DNA of 64,000 bases, from NCBI GenBank assembly GCA_028534125.1, contig CM052817.1, forward strand, positions 74,340,001 through 74,404,000, read 5' to 3'. Below the pieces are notes generated by a model. The model saw only the letters and a list, made by a program, of their open reading frames with translations, was not told the DNA's origin and did not search any database. The position numbers were made by a program, and so were the translations under genes. This DNA is from Lama glama (taxonomy: Eukaryota). Positions 26,247-37,122 of the stretch are shown here, piece after piece (the stretch's first letter is position 1; each line of letters begins with the position of its first letter).

Positions 26247-26962
26247 TGTCAACCAAAAGTAAATAATGCAGGAGACTGCAGATAAGAAAAGACTTTATTT
26301 GGGGTCTTAATGAAATTGTATAGAAGCCCCCTATATCCTCATCTTTTGAAGTGAAAGGCTTTTGCTTTAGTCTCTCAGGCCTCCCTGAGTCTCACATTAT
26401 GGTTCAAGAGTTAATAATCAGGAAATGTGAACATATAGAAACAAAGAATAGCTGTTGGTTGTGGAAACTGGTAACAATCTAGACTATAAATCAACCACAT
26501 AGCAGAGTCGCCAAACTCCCAGTTCCCTGAAAGATAAAGATAAAGGTCTGACACACATTCCTAAGCTGTTTTTACAAAAACCAAACCCTCAACAGGTGGA
26601 AATTGCTGGCCAAAAATGTGTAGACCCCTGACCAGTTGAAATTAGAAGATTGATGATGCTCAAAACTTCACCTGAATGTCAACCGATCTGAGAACTGAGC
26701 ACAAGCTGATCGCGTACCCTGCAGCCACCTCCCTCACACTGCCTTTGAAAACCCTTCTCTGAAAACCACTGGAGAGTTCAGGTCTTTTGAATACAAGCTG
26801 CCCATTCTCCTTGCTTGGTGCTCTGCAAATATACACTGTACTTTCTTTCACTACAACCCAGTGTCAGTAGAACGGCTTTGCTGCACTTCAGGTGAGCGGA
26901 CCCAAGTCTAGGCTCAGGAAAGTTAGGAATTGCAGTTCGGGAGACACGGATTCAGGTAACCC
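26247..26962 (-). mobile_element. Truncated LTR (host of the nested LTR below)
   Basis: tgtcaaccaaaag...ctttatttggggtcttaa [insert] ttaggaattgcagttcgggagacacggattcagg reads as one antisense LTR 3' end once the insert is removed. Confidence 0.6.
26311..26922 (+). mobile_element. ERV1-class solo LTR, same family as 36454-37122
   Basis: Shares agctgatc, gcctttgaaaacccttctctgaaaacca, cactgtactttctttcactacaac, gtcagtaga and gacccaagt blocks with the 36454 LTR. TSD is TTAA/TTAG. Confidence 0.8.
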
Positions 26963-28089
26963 TAATGGAAGGAAACTGGTGTAGTCACTGTAGTCAGTAA
27001 TGGCAATGACAATGACTCTGATCTCTGCTCTAGCAGCTTCATGATTGCTTTCAGGTTGACAATGAAGAAATAGAGACAGTAAAAATGTATCAGTTTTGCT
27101 GACAAGGATGGCTTCCTGTTTGAAATATTGTTCACTGGAAGAAGCAGAGGAGAACCCCATAGGCTCAGAGGATTTGAGAGAAGTCCACAGAAACAAGTAG
27201 TAGACATGCTGAAAGGATTGAAAGACATTTGTTGGCTGAGGACTGGAAGGTAGGATTGGAACAAGCAGCCTAAATAATGCTTTTGGTGTTTGCTCTCTCT
27301 TCTAGGCAAAGGAAGAAAGGGTCTAGGCATTCCTGGTATCGGGCTATAGGTGGTAGAGAATGTTAGAAATCTCTGTTGCTCTCCTCTACACTAGATGAGA
27401 CAGAGCAGGAATCCCCAAAGCTGGGCTTTACATAGGTCAGAAACAGTAGAAATTACTTTGTTTATTGCTCTATCCTCCAAACAGGAGGGGAAGCATTGAT
27501 TTAGTTCCCAAAACTAAAACAAGGTTATGGGCATTGCAGCTGTTGAGCTGTTTGAACTTGAAAGAAGATAGAGCTCACTTATTTGTATGGAAACACTTTG
27601 TCTGCTTCTCTTGATGGCCCATTCCCCTTCTACTTGGATTTCGGCTGCCTTAAGGTTTAGGAGTGGTGCTCAGGACTTCTTAACACCAGCAGATAGGAGT
27701 AGCTCTATACACCCATCCCTTTCTGCTAGGGAACTTCAGGAGGGGAGGGATTCAAACGTTAGTATGTTGGCACAGGTGTCTATGTGCCTAGTGCAAGGGC
27801 AGGAAGGGTGTGGGGCTCAGAGATGGATAATAAAGGTGCCAAGAATGTAAAATATGGAGCCATAGTTCTATATGAGAGGACAGGAAGAAACAGTCCGGCC
27901 ACAGCCCAGGTGCTGGGAGGTCCACAGGCATGGAGCCAAAGGAAAAAAATAAGGGAAGAAACTCTCCACTGATCCCTCTCACCTCTCCTGTCACTGCAGC
28001 CACTTCTCCCAGCACTGAGATAATAGCTTACGCCGGCATCTGTGACTGTAATCTTTGAAATGCTAGTTAACCCTTAGGACTTTGAGCAA

Positions 28090-28562
28090 AACTTAAAGAA
28101 AAGAAAAACAAGTTTAACAAAAAGACTGTACATTTTATTTTTACATATACATGGGCACCGTCCTAGGAAAATAAAGATCCAGAGAAGCAATTAGAGCTGA
28201 ATGCTTATGTCCTAGGTTGGACAAAAGATGGTAAATTGTGAGGGCATGACAAGGCAGAGGGGTTTGGGCTAGGGTAGTGAGTTGTGGAAAAGTGACTAGA
28301 AAGATGAGGTTTAGTTTAACAAGTTCCTTTGTAAAGATTTCTCTCAGCCTTTACTTTCTGTCTCTGGTGATAAGAACATCGTTTTTCCTCTTGGTATAGA
28401 GAGGGCACCTTTCACCTGGGATTTTTATCTCCTCCTTTCTGGTAGAAAAAGGAAGGTCAAAGTGCTGCTTGATCTGCTGTTTTCAAAGTGCCTTTTACTC
28501 ACTCAAAATAACCAATATGTCAAGGGGGCATATTTTGGGGCGACATGCTCTGAACCCCTATG
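28090..28562 (-). mobile_element. ERV1 LTR, MER34-like
   Basis: ggggtttgggctagggtagt...gtctctggtgataagaa...ggcatattttggggcgacatgctctgaacccc. Confidence 0.8.
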
Positions 28563-29929
28563 TTTTGTTGCTATTAAATCTGAATGTGTAGTAGAAATTA
28601 ATGTAGGTGTTATATGCTTAAAATTCCCTCCTCCTAGGTGCTAGAGATTGATTATTCCAAGCAGGAAAATCTTAAAATAGAGAAATGTTAGTGGGACATG
28701 TATGAGAGACGGGATGGGTCTCCATGACTAGTGAGTTATGCTACCATTTTTGTTGAGAAGGAGCCTCTGGAAGTTCTGGTGATGGTGACATGAGAAGATA
28801 CAGTTTCAGATTATTAAGTAAAATCAAGGTTTTGTTTTATTTTTTTAACCTTGGTTATAAGAACATTCTTTCTCATAGTTTAGGTGTTCAGTTCAAAGTA
28901 TTTCCCAGTCATTCACAGCTCAAAGCTGAAGAAACTTTAATTCTTAAAGTATTATTTCCAGAGAGATTAATATGTCATTTTGAAAATTGTTTTTGGACTT
29001 TTATTCTGAAAGATAAATTTTACTTTTATTTGATTCATTTGATAAGATGCTCTTCACTTATAATTATCACCAAAGAATTTCTCCAAAGAGTAAATACACA
29101 GACATTTTTAATGAGCATATGTTATTTCCTTGAAACTTTTCAGTTGTTGGGATTTATTTTATCCAAAATTGCATAACCCAATTGACAATGAATATTAAAG
29201 GATTGTAGCAAATTTTAGAGGAAGGAGATTTCAAATCATAGATATGAAATGGAAAATCAAGTAAATATGGTCAAGTATGACTAAATCTCAAGGACAATAT
29301 TTTGGTGGCATGTGTTTTATAATGTCATATCTAATCAATGAGTCAATGGACTTCACAAAGAAGCTACAATCACTAAAATGCTTAAGAAAAACTTACCTTT
29401 AAAGAAGTAGAACTCTTCCTCTGCCAAGTTGGAGAGCTTTGTAATAAGATACTCAAGGATGTGAGATATAGTCCATTTGGCTTCATAATTCTATGAAGAC
29501 ATAGAGGTTTATTTGTTATTTATATATTTCCCTTTTATGGCTTTCTACAAAAATCATTTACAATTTGAGTTCCCATTTCTCCTTTCTGGAAACTCTCAAA
29601 CTACTGTATTCTGTTATATTCAAAGTAATGTCAGAATAATTATATTCTACCCTGTTAAGTAATAAAGATTATATAAATAAAATTTGCTCTCAATTTTGTG
29701 TGATTTTTGCTTGGCTTTTGCTATAATACTCTGTTCCTGTAACTATACATTATTCAAGTTAGTTTTTTCTAATGCCAGAAATTTCTGCTTTTCACATTAT
29801 TGCTATTATTATGAGGAGTCCTATTAGGGATGACCAGTTCTATTTGTCAACAATGAAATTTCTATACAACATTGGAAAGTGGAAACCCAAGTAAATGTAG
29901 CTGAACATATGGATATTTGTGATTATTTT

Positions 29930-30578
29930 ATCTATTCACTCAAAAAACATATATATATAATATATATAGAATGCTTACTGTAAGCCAGGCATTGTTTTAT
30001 ATACTGGCAATACAGATGTAATAGAGCAGACAAACTATTTTCTTAAGAAGCTTATACTCTAGTGGGAGGAGCCAGAGAATAAATAAAATGTTTAAGTAAA
30101 ATATGAAATATATTAAAGGGTGATAAGTCTATGGAGAAAGATTAAATAGGGAAGGAGAGTGGGAGACAGGAGGGTGTTTGGTTATTTAACTGATGGCTGT
30201 GTCTCCCAGGAGCATGTGCACTACCTGAAGACTGGGACTCTGATTTTGCTTGCCACCATATCCCAGCGTAAATCATTATGTGTGGCATGTATCAAATGTT
30301 GAATGAATGGATGGGTAAACTTGGTATTGAATACACTCTCCCCTTATCTTGATCTACTCTTTCTTTTTCATGCTACTTTAAATTATATAATTTACTTATC
30401 AGTTAGATTTATTATTTATTGTCTGTGTCACTCAGCTAGAATGTAACCTGTACAAGCAATAAGAATTTTTATCCATTTTTGTCCACTGGACACTGGATCC
30501 TACTGGATCCCAAGCACCCAGAACACTGCCTGACAGGCAGGCAGTAGGATTTAATAAATATTTGTTGAATGAATGAAT
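29930..30578. mobile_element. Cluster of L2 3'-end fragments in both orientations
   Basis: gaatgcttactgtaagccaggcattg (antisense) and cagctagaatgtaacct...aataaatatttgttgaatgaatgaat (sense). Confidence 0.7.
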
Positions 30579-32035
30579 TTTAATAAGTAATTTCACTAAG
30601 AGGAAACAATGAAGTTTCTAACTTCTGATACAGAATTTTGTTTGCTACTTCCAGCAAGCCAGCTTCTCCCTACCAACAATACACATTCTGATTGCTACTG
30701 ATAAATTCTCAATGTGTGTATCCAAGAATTCTAGGAATAAAATGCTTAAGAAGCTAATCCTGATGCCATATTCATGTTCCTTGGAAAATCAAATGTTGCA
30801 ATGTATTAACTGTTTACTTATTCAACTATCAAAAGTTTTTAAAAGGGGTCTGATCAAGAAAACTGTAACATTCACTCAATTTTTAGAAAAGTGAGGAGAA
30901 AAGGATGTTAATACACATGAAACAAGACTTGACAGCCCTGGGGTGGATATTTTCACTGACTGAAAGACACCACAGAGTTTTGTTTTTTCATTTGAATAAA
31001 ATGATTTAGATCCTTTCCCATCCAAGATACATAAACCATAGTCACAATTTATTTTCTGACAAAGCTAGGGGGATACTCATATTTCAGTCCAGGAGTTTCC
31101 TTTGTTATCCTAATTAAAAAGATCAGAGATTTTAAAGAGGTGCGATTTACACTTGAAAAAGGCACAGGCAGCTCTAGAAAGGCAATCTGAGGATCGCAGT
31201 TCAGAAAACGACACTGAAAATTAATGCCCCCATATGAACATAGTTTTAATGATTAAGGCACAAAAGTCAAGTGTACAGTATTTTCGTTCCTGGACATCTT
31301 GAAATATCTAGTGATTTGCTGACAGCATTTTGGAAATATTTCTGTTCATTATTTATATATGACTATTACTTTAGATTTAAGTTTCTTAAGGGCAAGGCAG
31401 ACTTCTCTTAAATCACAGCCTACTCAGAGCCATGTGCAGGGGGCAGGTACTCTCTTAAAAACAATGAATAACATTCATGAAACTATTTCCAGGTAGAAGA
31501 CTGTGGGCTAATTTATTTTCATTGAGAAAGTTATGGTCATTTTATAGAGAACTTAAAATCACATCATATTACATAATACCTACTGGGCTCAAATGTGAGT
31601 TAATGTTCTTAATCCTAATTTGCTTCCTTGCTCCTTTTTGTCTCCTAGAAGAGTCTATGTTTACACTAACAATTTCCAAAATCTGTTCCACACTTTGCCT
31701 AGTCCTGTGTAGTGTGCTATAGACAAGGGTTTTATGGTGAAGTAAATTAGAAAATACTATATAAAATTTCCTTCTGTTAGAGGTTTACAAAGCAAACTAC
31801 ACTTTTTGAAACTTTAAGAAAGTCTGCACAAAATGACCCCTTTAGCCATGCTGAACTCCGCGTTTCCTGAACTTGTTTTTCCTTGGAACTCTTTTTCAAT
31901 GTAAGAATAACTCTATCTTTTGAATTGTAAGATACCATCTTTTTAAAGTCACCTCATTATTTTATGTGCCACTAAGAAAGGAGAACACTGACAGCATGCC
32001 TTTGATTTTTAAGACCCATTCAAATATACAGCTGA

Positions 32036-32912
32036 TGTAGACATTTTTCCAAAGAAGAAATGCGGATGGTCAATAGGCACATGAAAAGATGCTCAACATT
32101 GCTAATCAACAGGGAAATGAAAATTAAAACCATAATGAGATATCACTTCACACTTGTCAGAATGGCTATTATCAAAAAGTCTACAAATAAATGTTGGCAA
32201 GGGCATGGAGAGAAAAGAGCTGTTGTACACTGTTTTTGGGAATGTAAATTGGTACAGCCACTGTGGAAAAGAGTACGGAGGTTTCTCAAAAAACTAAAAA
32301 CAAAACTATCACATGACCCCACAATTCCACTCCTGAGAATATATCCGAAAAAAAACCCCCCAAACCAAAAACAATAATTTGAAAAGATACATGCACTCCA
32401 ATGTTCACAACAGCATTATTTACAATTGCCAAAACATGGAAACAGATGAATGGATAAAGAAGATCATATATATGCACACACACATATACATATATATACA
32501 CACACATACACACACACACATAGATTATTACTCAGCAATAAAAAAGGACAAAATTTTGCCATTTGTGGCAACATGAATGGAGTTGGAGGGCATTATGCTA
32601 AGTTAAATAAGTCAGGCAGAGAAAGATAAATAGTGTATGATATCACTTATATGTGGAATCTAAAAAATACAACAAACTAGTGAATATATCAAAAAAGAAG
32701 TAGACTCAAAAATAGTTGTGGGGAGGGGGAGTAAAGAGGTAGGAGAGTGGGAGGTACAAATTTTGGGGCATAAGACAGGCTCAAGGAAGTACTGTACAAC
32801 ACGAAGAATATAGCTAATATTTTGTCATAACTGTAAATGGAAAGTAACTTCTAAAAATTATATAAAAGTAAAAAAAATTTAATAAAAATTTTAAAAACTA
32901 TAGAGAATAACC
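32036..32912 (+). mobile_element. 5'-truncated LINE-1 (ORF2 C-terminus plus 3' UTR)
   Basis: ORF 32060-32377 translates to L1 ORF2 C-terminal text ([10 protein letters not shown]...[15 protein letters not shown]...CKLVQPLWK). It has an A-rich tail and a possible TSD ATACAGCTGA/ATACAGTTGA. Confidence 0.92.
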
Positions 32913-33459
32913 ATACAGTTGACAAAAACACAAACTCAGGAAGTAGTACTTTATCCTATGTAATGAAATGGAAATATATATTCTACACATGAAATATTAG
33001 AAGTTAAAAAACTTAAATTATTTTTGTTCATTTTAGTAATTTCGATAATAGTCCATCAATTCTTTTATGGAGTTCCATAAACTGTGAGAAGCTGTCCTTT
33101 GAATTCTGATATAAATGTATTTAATAGTATGCTACCACACCACCACGTCCACTTCTTTAATCACCGTTGTAAGTTCACATATCACAGTTCTAGCTCTCTC
33201 TGAATTTTCAAGTGTAAACTATGAGGCTTGGAGGCCACATTAGGAGAGGGCACTTTAAAGAAAACTCCAGGGCTGACAGGAACCACATCAATCCATCCTC
33301 ACTGAGGACCCATGATAAAGCTCATTACATATCACACTCCTTTAATCCTCCTTATGAGGTTTGCATGTGTGAGTTCCTAACTAGATTCTTAACTACTCCA
33401 GGTAGGGTCCAGATCTTCATTTCTCTGTATCTCCCCATCATGCTGACTTTGTATAAGAG

Positions 33460-34716
33460 TAGTGTCATTATATATCTTATTTATTAACAAGAGAACACTT
33501 TTGTCCATGCCATAGGCAAGTGGAAACATGTCTTATTTGCAAAATCCATATTATATCACTTAGGTTTGTTAGCAAATCATATCTTCAGTTGCCTACTTGT
33601 AAAGGTTTTTGTTTGTTAAAGTGAATAATATAATTTTATATAGACGTCAAATCAGAAAAGCCACACAACTTATTAGTGCCATAAAATGTCATTTTAATAA
33701 TTAAGATACATAAATAGTGTTTATGATAGCAACAATAAAGTTGTCTCTCAATTCTGTACAAACATTGAATTCCCAAGTAATTTGTAAGGAATATATTCAC
33801 CTTATTACATTCAAAATAATGGTTGAACAATGATGATCATTTTTTTGAAAAAATTTCTTTTCATATTCTATGAATTCACACAGTATTACAGTAATTTATA
33901 ATATTACAGTGCTTGATAATCTTGATGGTATGAAATAAAACTCTTCAAATGATATGTAGAAAATAAAAATAAAATAATTAAAAACCATCTGTATAACTTT
34001 CTATGAAAACAAAATAATTAATTTTTTCTGTAAAAATAAATTATGTACTTTATGCTGAAACATAACTCTATTAAAGTGTTTAGAAAACAGTTACATTCAC
34101 GTTTTGGCAGTGTGCTCGTTTTTATTTGCCATTCCCTTGTACATGATAAAATGAGGTGCAAGCTGTTCACGTGTGAGAAAAAAACAGCTTAATTTCACAG
34201 GAAAGGAAATGATATATGAAATGGAATTAATTAAAAACCCCAACTGTCCTATGACAGAGATAGAAAAATTCACTAAGAAAATAAGTATTTTTCAAGGCCT
34301 TTGAGGTGATGCAACCTTTGACTAGACTTTATCAAAGGTAGTTTTAAATCTTGCTACCCTGTAACTTGCACCGAATTAACATGTAAATCAATCACAGACT
34401 GCAGTCCTATGTTATAATGTAACGCATAGTGTTTGGTCGGTTGGCTGAAGCACAGCTGCACTCCTCACTGACTACCTTGTATAAAGGAGCAAGAGAATGA
34501 AACATCTCTGTCTCCTCTAAGGGTGGCTCCCAAGAGTAGCACCTTTGGCACCGAGCAAAAGTTTTCCAGGCAGCAGAAGTCTCTGGAGTGGCCCAACACG
34601 AAAACAGTCTGATGCTGATGGCAGTGATCCTATTGAGCCAAAATTTGCTGGTTCACCTAGAACACTGGTGAAGGACTAAGAACTGACCTAAGCTTAAGTT
34701 AGGAAAAAATGTGTAC
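33460..34716 (-). other. ARSJ: ARSJ 3' UTR (distal end uncertain) with candidate poly(A) signals
   Basis: Repeat-poor, AU-rich sequence follows the stop codon. Minus-strand AATAAA occurs at 34126-34121 and 33485-33480, and ATTAAA at 33698-33693. Confidence 0.65.
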
Positions 34717-36115
34717 TTATCCACGAGTAACACCTGAATGGCATTTTGGAAATGCGCCTGCTTTCTGTTGTTTCTTCTTTGTCTTATTTTTCTTCTGCTT
34801 TTTCTTAGCCTTATTTTTGCTTGGCTTCTGTTTTTTGTTTTCCTCTTTATACCAGGGTCCCCAGACGCCTCCATTGAGCCGAGGGTTACTTCTAGGGTCT
34901 TTAGGGGGGTACCTGACAGGCACTGCAGTTTTGTTGAACTGGGAGAGCCTCCGGAGGAGCTGCTTCACGACTCCGGGGTACCTGTTAGAAAGATCCACTC
35001 TCTCGTATGGGTCGGCTGTGATGTTAAACAGCCACACACTTTTGCCAGTTGACAAGGTAATCCGTTCATTGTGCCACCGGTTCGGCCCCAGGTTGCTGAA
35101 AGACTGAGGGGGCACCCAGTCACTGTACCCGGGGTTCCCTGTGAGCAGTTTCCAGTGCTGCACCCTGATGGCCGACTGGATGGCAGTGTTCCAGATCCCA
35201 TAGCCTGCGGCCAAGGAGCCATTTTTCGCTTTGGTATAAATGGGGTCGATGTTGTGCAAAATATCCACTCGGGGAGAACGAAGGCCTTCACTGATGGTCT
35301 CCCAGACATCATAGCCATCCAGTTGAATGTCTTCATCAATCTGTCCTTCAGCCAGTGAAATCAGAGTCGGGTACCAGTCAGTGATGTGCACAAGCTCCTT
35401 ACACACCGTTCCCCTGTTTTTCAGAAGCGGGCTGTGCACGAAGCCAACAGCCCGGATCCCACCTTCCCAATAGGTTCCTTTGCTCCCTCTGAGAGGCCAG
35501 TTACTTCCTCCTGCTGTGGGCTGGCCACCGTTATCTGAAGAATATATGATAATGCTGTTGTTATAGAAACCATACGTCTTTAGCGCCAGGGTCACGTTGT
35601 TGATCGCTTCGTCTAAGCAGGAAAGCATGGCAGCATACCTGCGCCTGTTGATGTTGATGATAGATCTGTAGTGTTCAAAATACCTGCCGGGGGCTTGCAG
35701 TGGGGAGTGCACAGCCTGGTAGGCGATATATAAAAATATAGGCTTTTTGGGGTCATGGGAAGCTAGGATTTGCTGCACTCTCTGAGTGTACATCTGTGTG
35801 GAGTATTCGCCATTGTCGTAGTCCCAGGCAGCATCGTCATTTTCATACAAGTCATAGCCACACATCCCGGGGCTGTCACACTTGTAGTGTGTATAGTAAT
35901 CACCACTTCCTAAGAGGGAACCAAAAAAGGTATCAAATCCTCTCTTGGTGGGCATACATTCTTTTCTATAAAAACCCAAGTGCCATTTTCCAACCATATG
36001 TGTTGAATATCCGACCTCCTTCAGCTTCTGAGGTAGGGTTGCGTTGTCCAGAGGTAGGCAGTTGGGCTGGGTAGGTCTTATGATAGAATGTTGAAGTCCG
36101 GTGTGTATCTGATAC
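34717..36115 (-). CDS. ARSJ: Arylsulfatase J, terminal coding exon (partial CDS; 1 nt plus 465 codons plus TAA stop)
   Basis: The long ORF translates [23 protein letters not shown]...[13 protein letters not shown] (sulfatase signature 2)...SSDNGG...KGTYWEGG...DPYERVDLS and ends in a Lys-rich tail. This matches my recall of mammalian ARSJ rather than ARSI or ARSB. The ORF-track start at 36123 (TTG) is intronic. The exon begins at 36115 after the acceptor ...ttgccaag|G (phase 2, AA|G Lys codon). Six N-glycosylation sequons are present (NAT, NVT, NNS, NGS, NIT, NKT). Confidence 0.97.
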
Positions 36116-36144
36116 CTTGGCAACAGAGTAAAAATTCGTTAGTA
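36116..36144 (-). promoter_or_regulatory. ARSJ: ARSJ 3' splice site: branch point TACTAAC (36144-36138), pyrimidine tract, AAG acceptor
   Basis: The minus strand reads tactaacgaatttttactctgttgccaag|GTATCAG. The AG at 36117-36116 is the first AG after the branch point and restores the ARSJ frame. Confidence 0.9.
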
Positions 36145-36453
36145 GAGGATAAAAGAGAGATTTCACATAAAACAATGATTCTTAAATTAAACAATGTTTC
36201 TATGAAGAAACAAATAAAATATGCTAAGTTCAGCATTTCTATTGTTGACCCCAAAGTCCTACCCTGATTAGGTACATATTTAATGTCTGAAAAACATTTC
36301 ACTTTGAATCAGTACTTTTGAAACTAAGATTTCACCACTTACCTCAGTCTTTTTAAAATTCTTACAGCAGAGTTAATTTGCATAAACTTTAATCTTTTAA
36401 TTATATGACATAGAAAACTAACATGATAAAGGAAAGGACATAAATTCAGTGTC

Positions 36454-37122
36454 TGTGACCAAGCAGGATCCTATAGGGCAGATGTCCCCTTCCCCACTCC
36501 GCTCCCCCATGTCCTCTGCCTGCCTCTTGTTTGTAGAAAAACTTTAGCCCCCTAGGCCTTCCCTGAGTTCCAAAGAATAAACTTAATCAGAGAAGTGAGA
36601 AAGTGCAGAAACAAAGGAAAACAATCAAGCAAGACAAAATAATAATAGTTTGGCCATTAAGCAAAGACAAAGGCCTTTTAGTTCCTCCTTGAGGGCTGTA
36701 GATAATATTCTGAGCCATATCCTAGAACTATTTTGCAGGTACTGAAACCCCCACCAGGTGGGAGAAGTTAACTGTATGCTGCCCACAAGCATGCAGACCC
36801 CAGACTGGCTGGAATAGGAAGGTTGCTGACGATGACTCCCAATTACCCCACCACCAACCAACCAGAAGAATGTTCACGAGCTGATCATGAACCACAACCC
36901 TCTCCCTCATGCTGCCTTTAAAAATCTTTCCCTGAAAGCCATTGCGGAGTTCAGGGTCTTTGGGGGAGTTCAGGGTCTTCTGAGGATTAACTGCCTGTTG
37001 TATTCCTTGCTTGCAGCCATGCAGTAAACACTACACTTTCCTTCACCACAACTTGATGTCAGTAGATTGACTTCACTGTACACTACACATGGGTGAGTAG
37101 ACCCAAGTTTGGTTCGGTAATA
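36454..37122 (+). mobile_element. ERV1-class solo LTR (669 bp) in ARSJ intron, antisense to the gene
   Basis: TGTGACC...GGTAATA termini, TSD TGTC/TGTT, TATA-like TTTAAAAA near 36917, and AGTAAA near 37023. Confidence 0.85.

Noticed and set aside
32060..32576. Protein-coding gene
   Set aside because: These are frameshifted fragments of L1 ORF2 in a 5'-truncated element.
36116..36123. ORF-track start (TTG, MPR) as the ARSJ initiation site, implying a single-exon gene or retrocopy
   Set aside because: These bases are the intron's 3' end. The signal peptide and CxPSR motif are missing, and a branch point and acceptor are present.
34653..36302. Overlapping ORFs in other frames and on the opposite strand of the ARSJ exon (for example 34709-35107 +, 34965-35339 -)
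   Set aside because: These are shadow ORFs expected from a GC-richer coding region. The hydrophobic Phe/Leu/Cys run is just the antisense of the Lys-rich tail.
26311..37122. Two related LTRs as the ends of a provirus that captured the ARSJ exon
   Set aside because: Each LTR has its own distinct TSD, their 5' halves differ, and the intervening DNA contains older MER34, L2 and host gene sequence.
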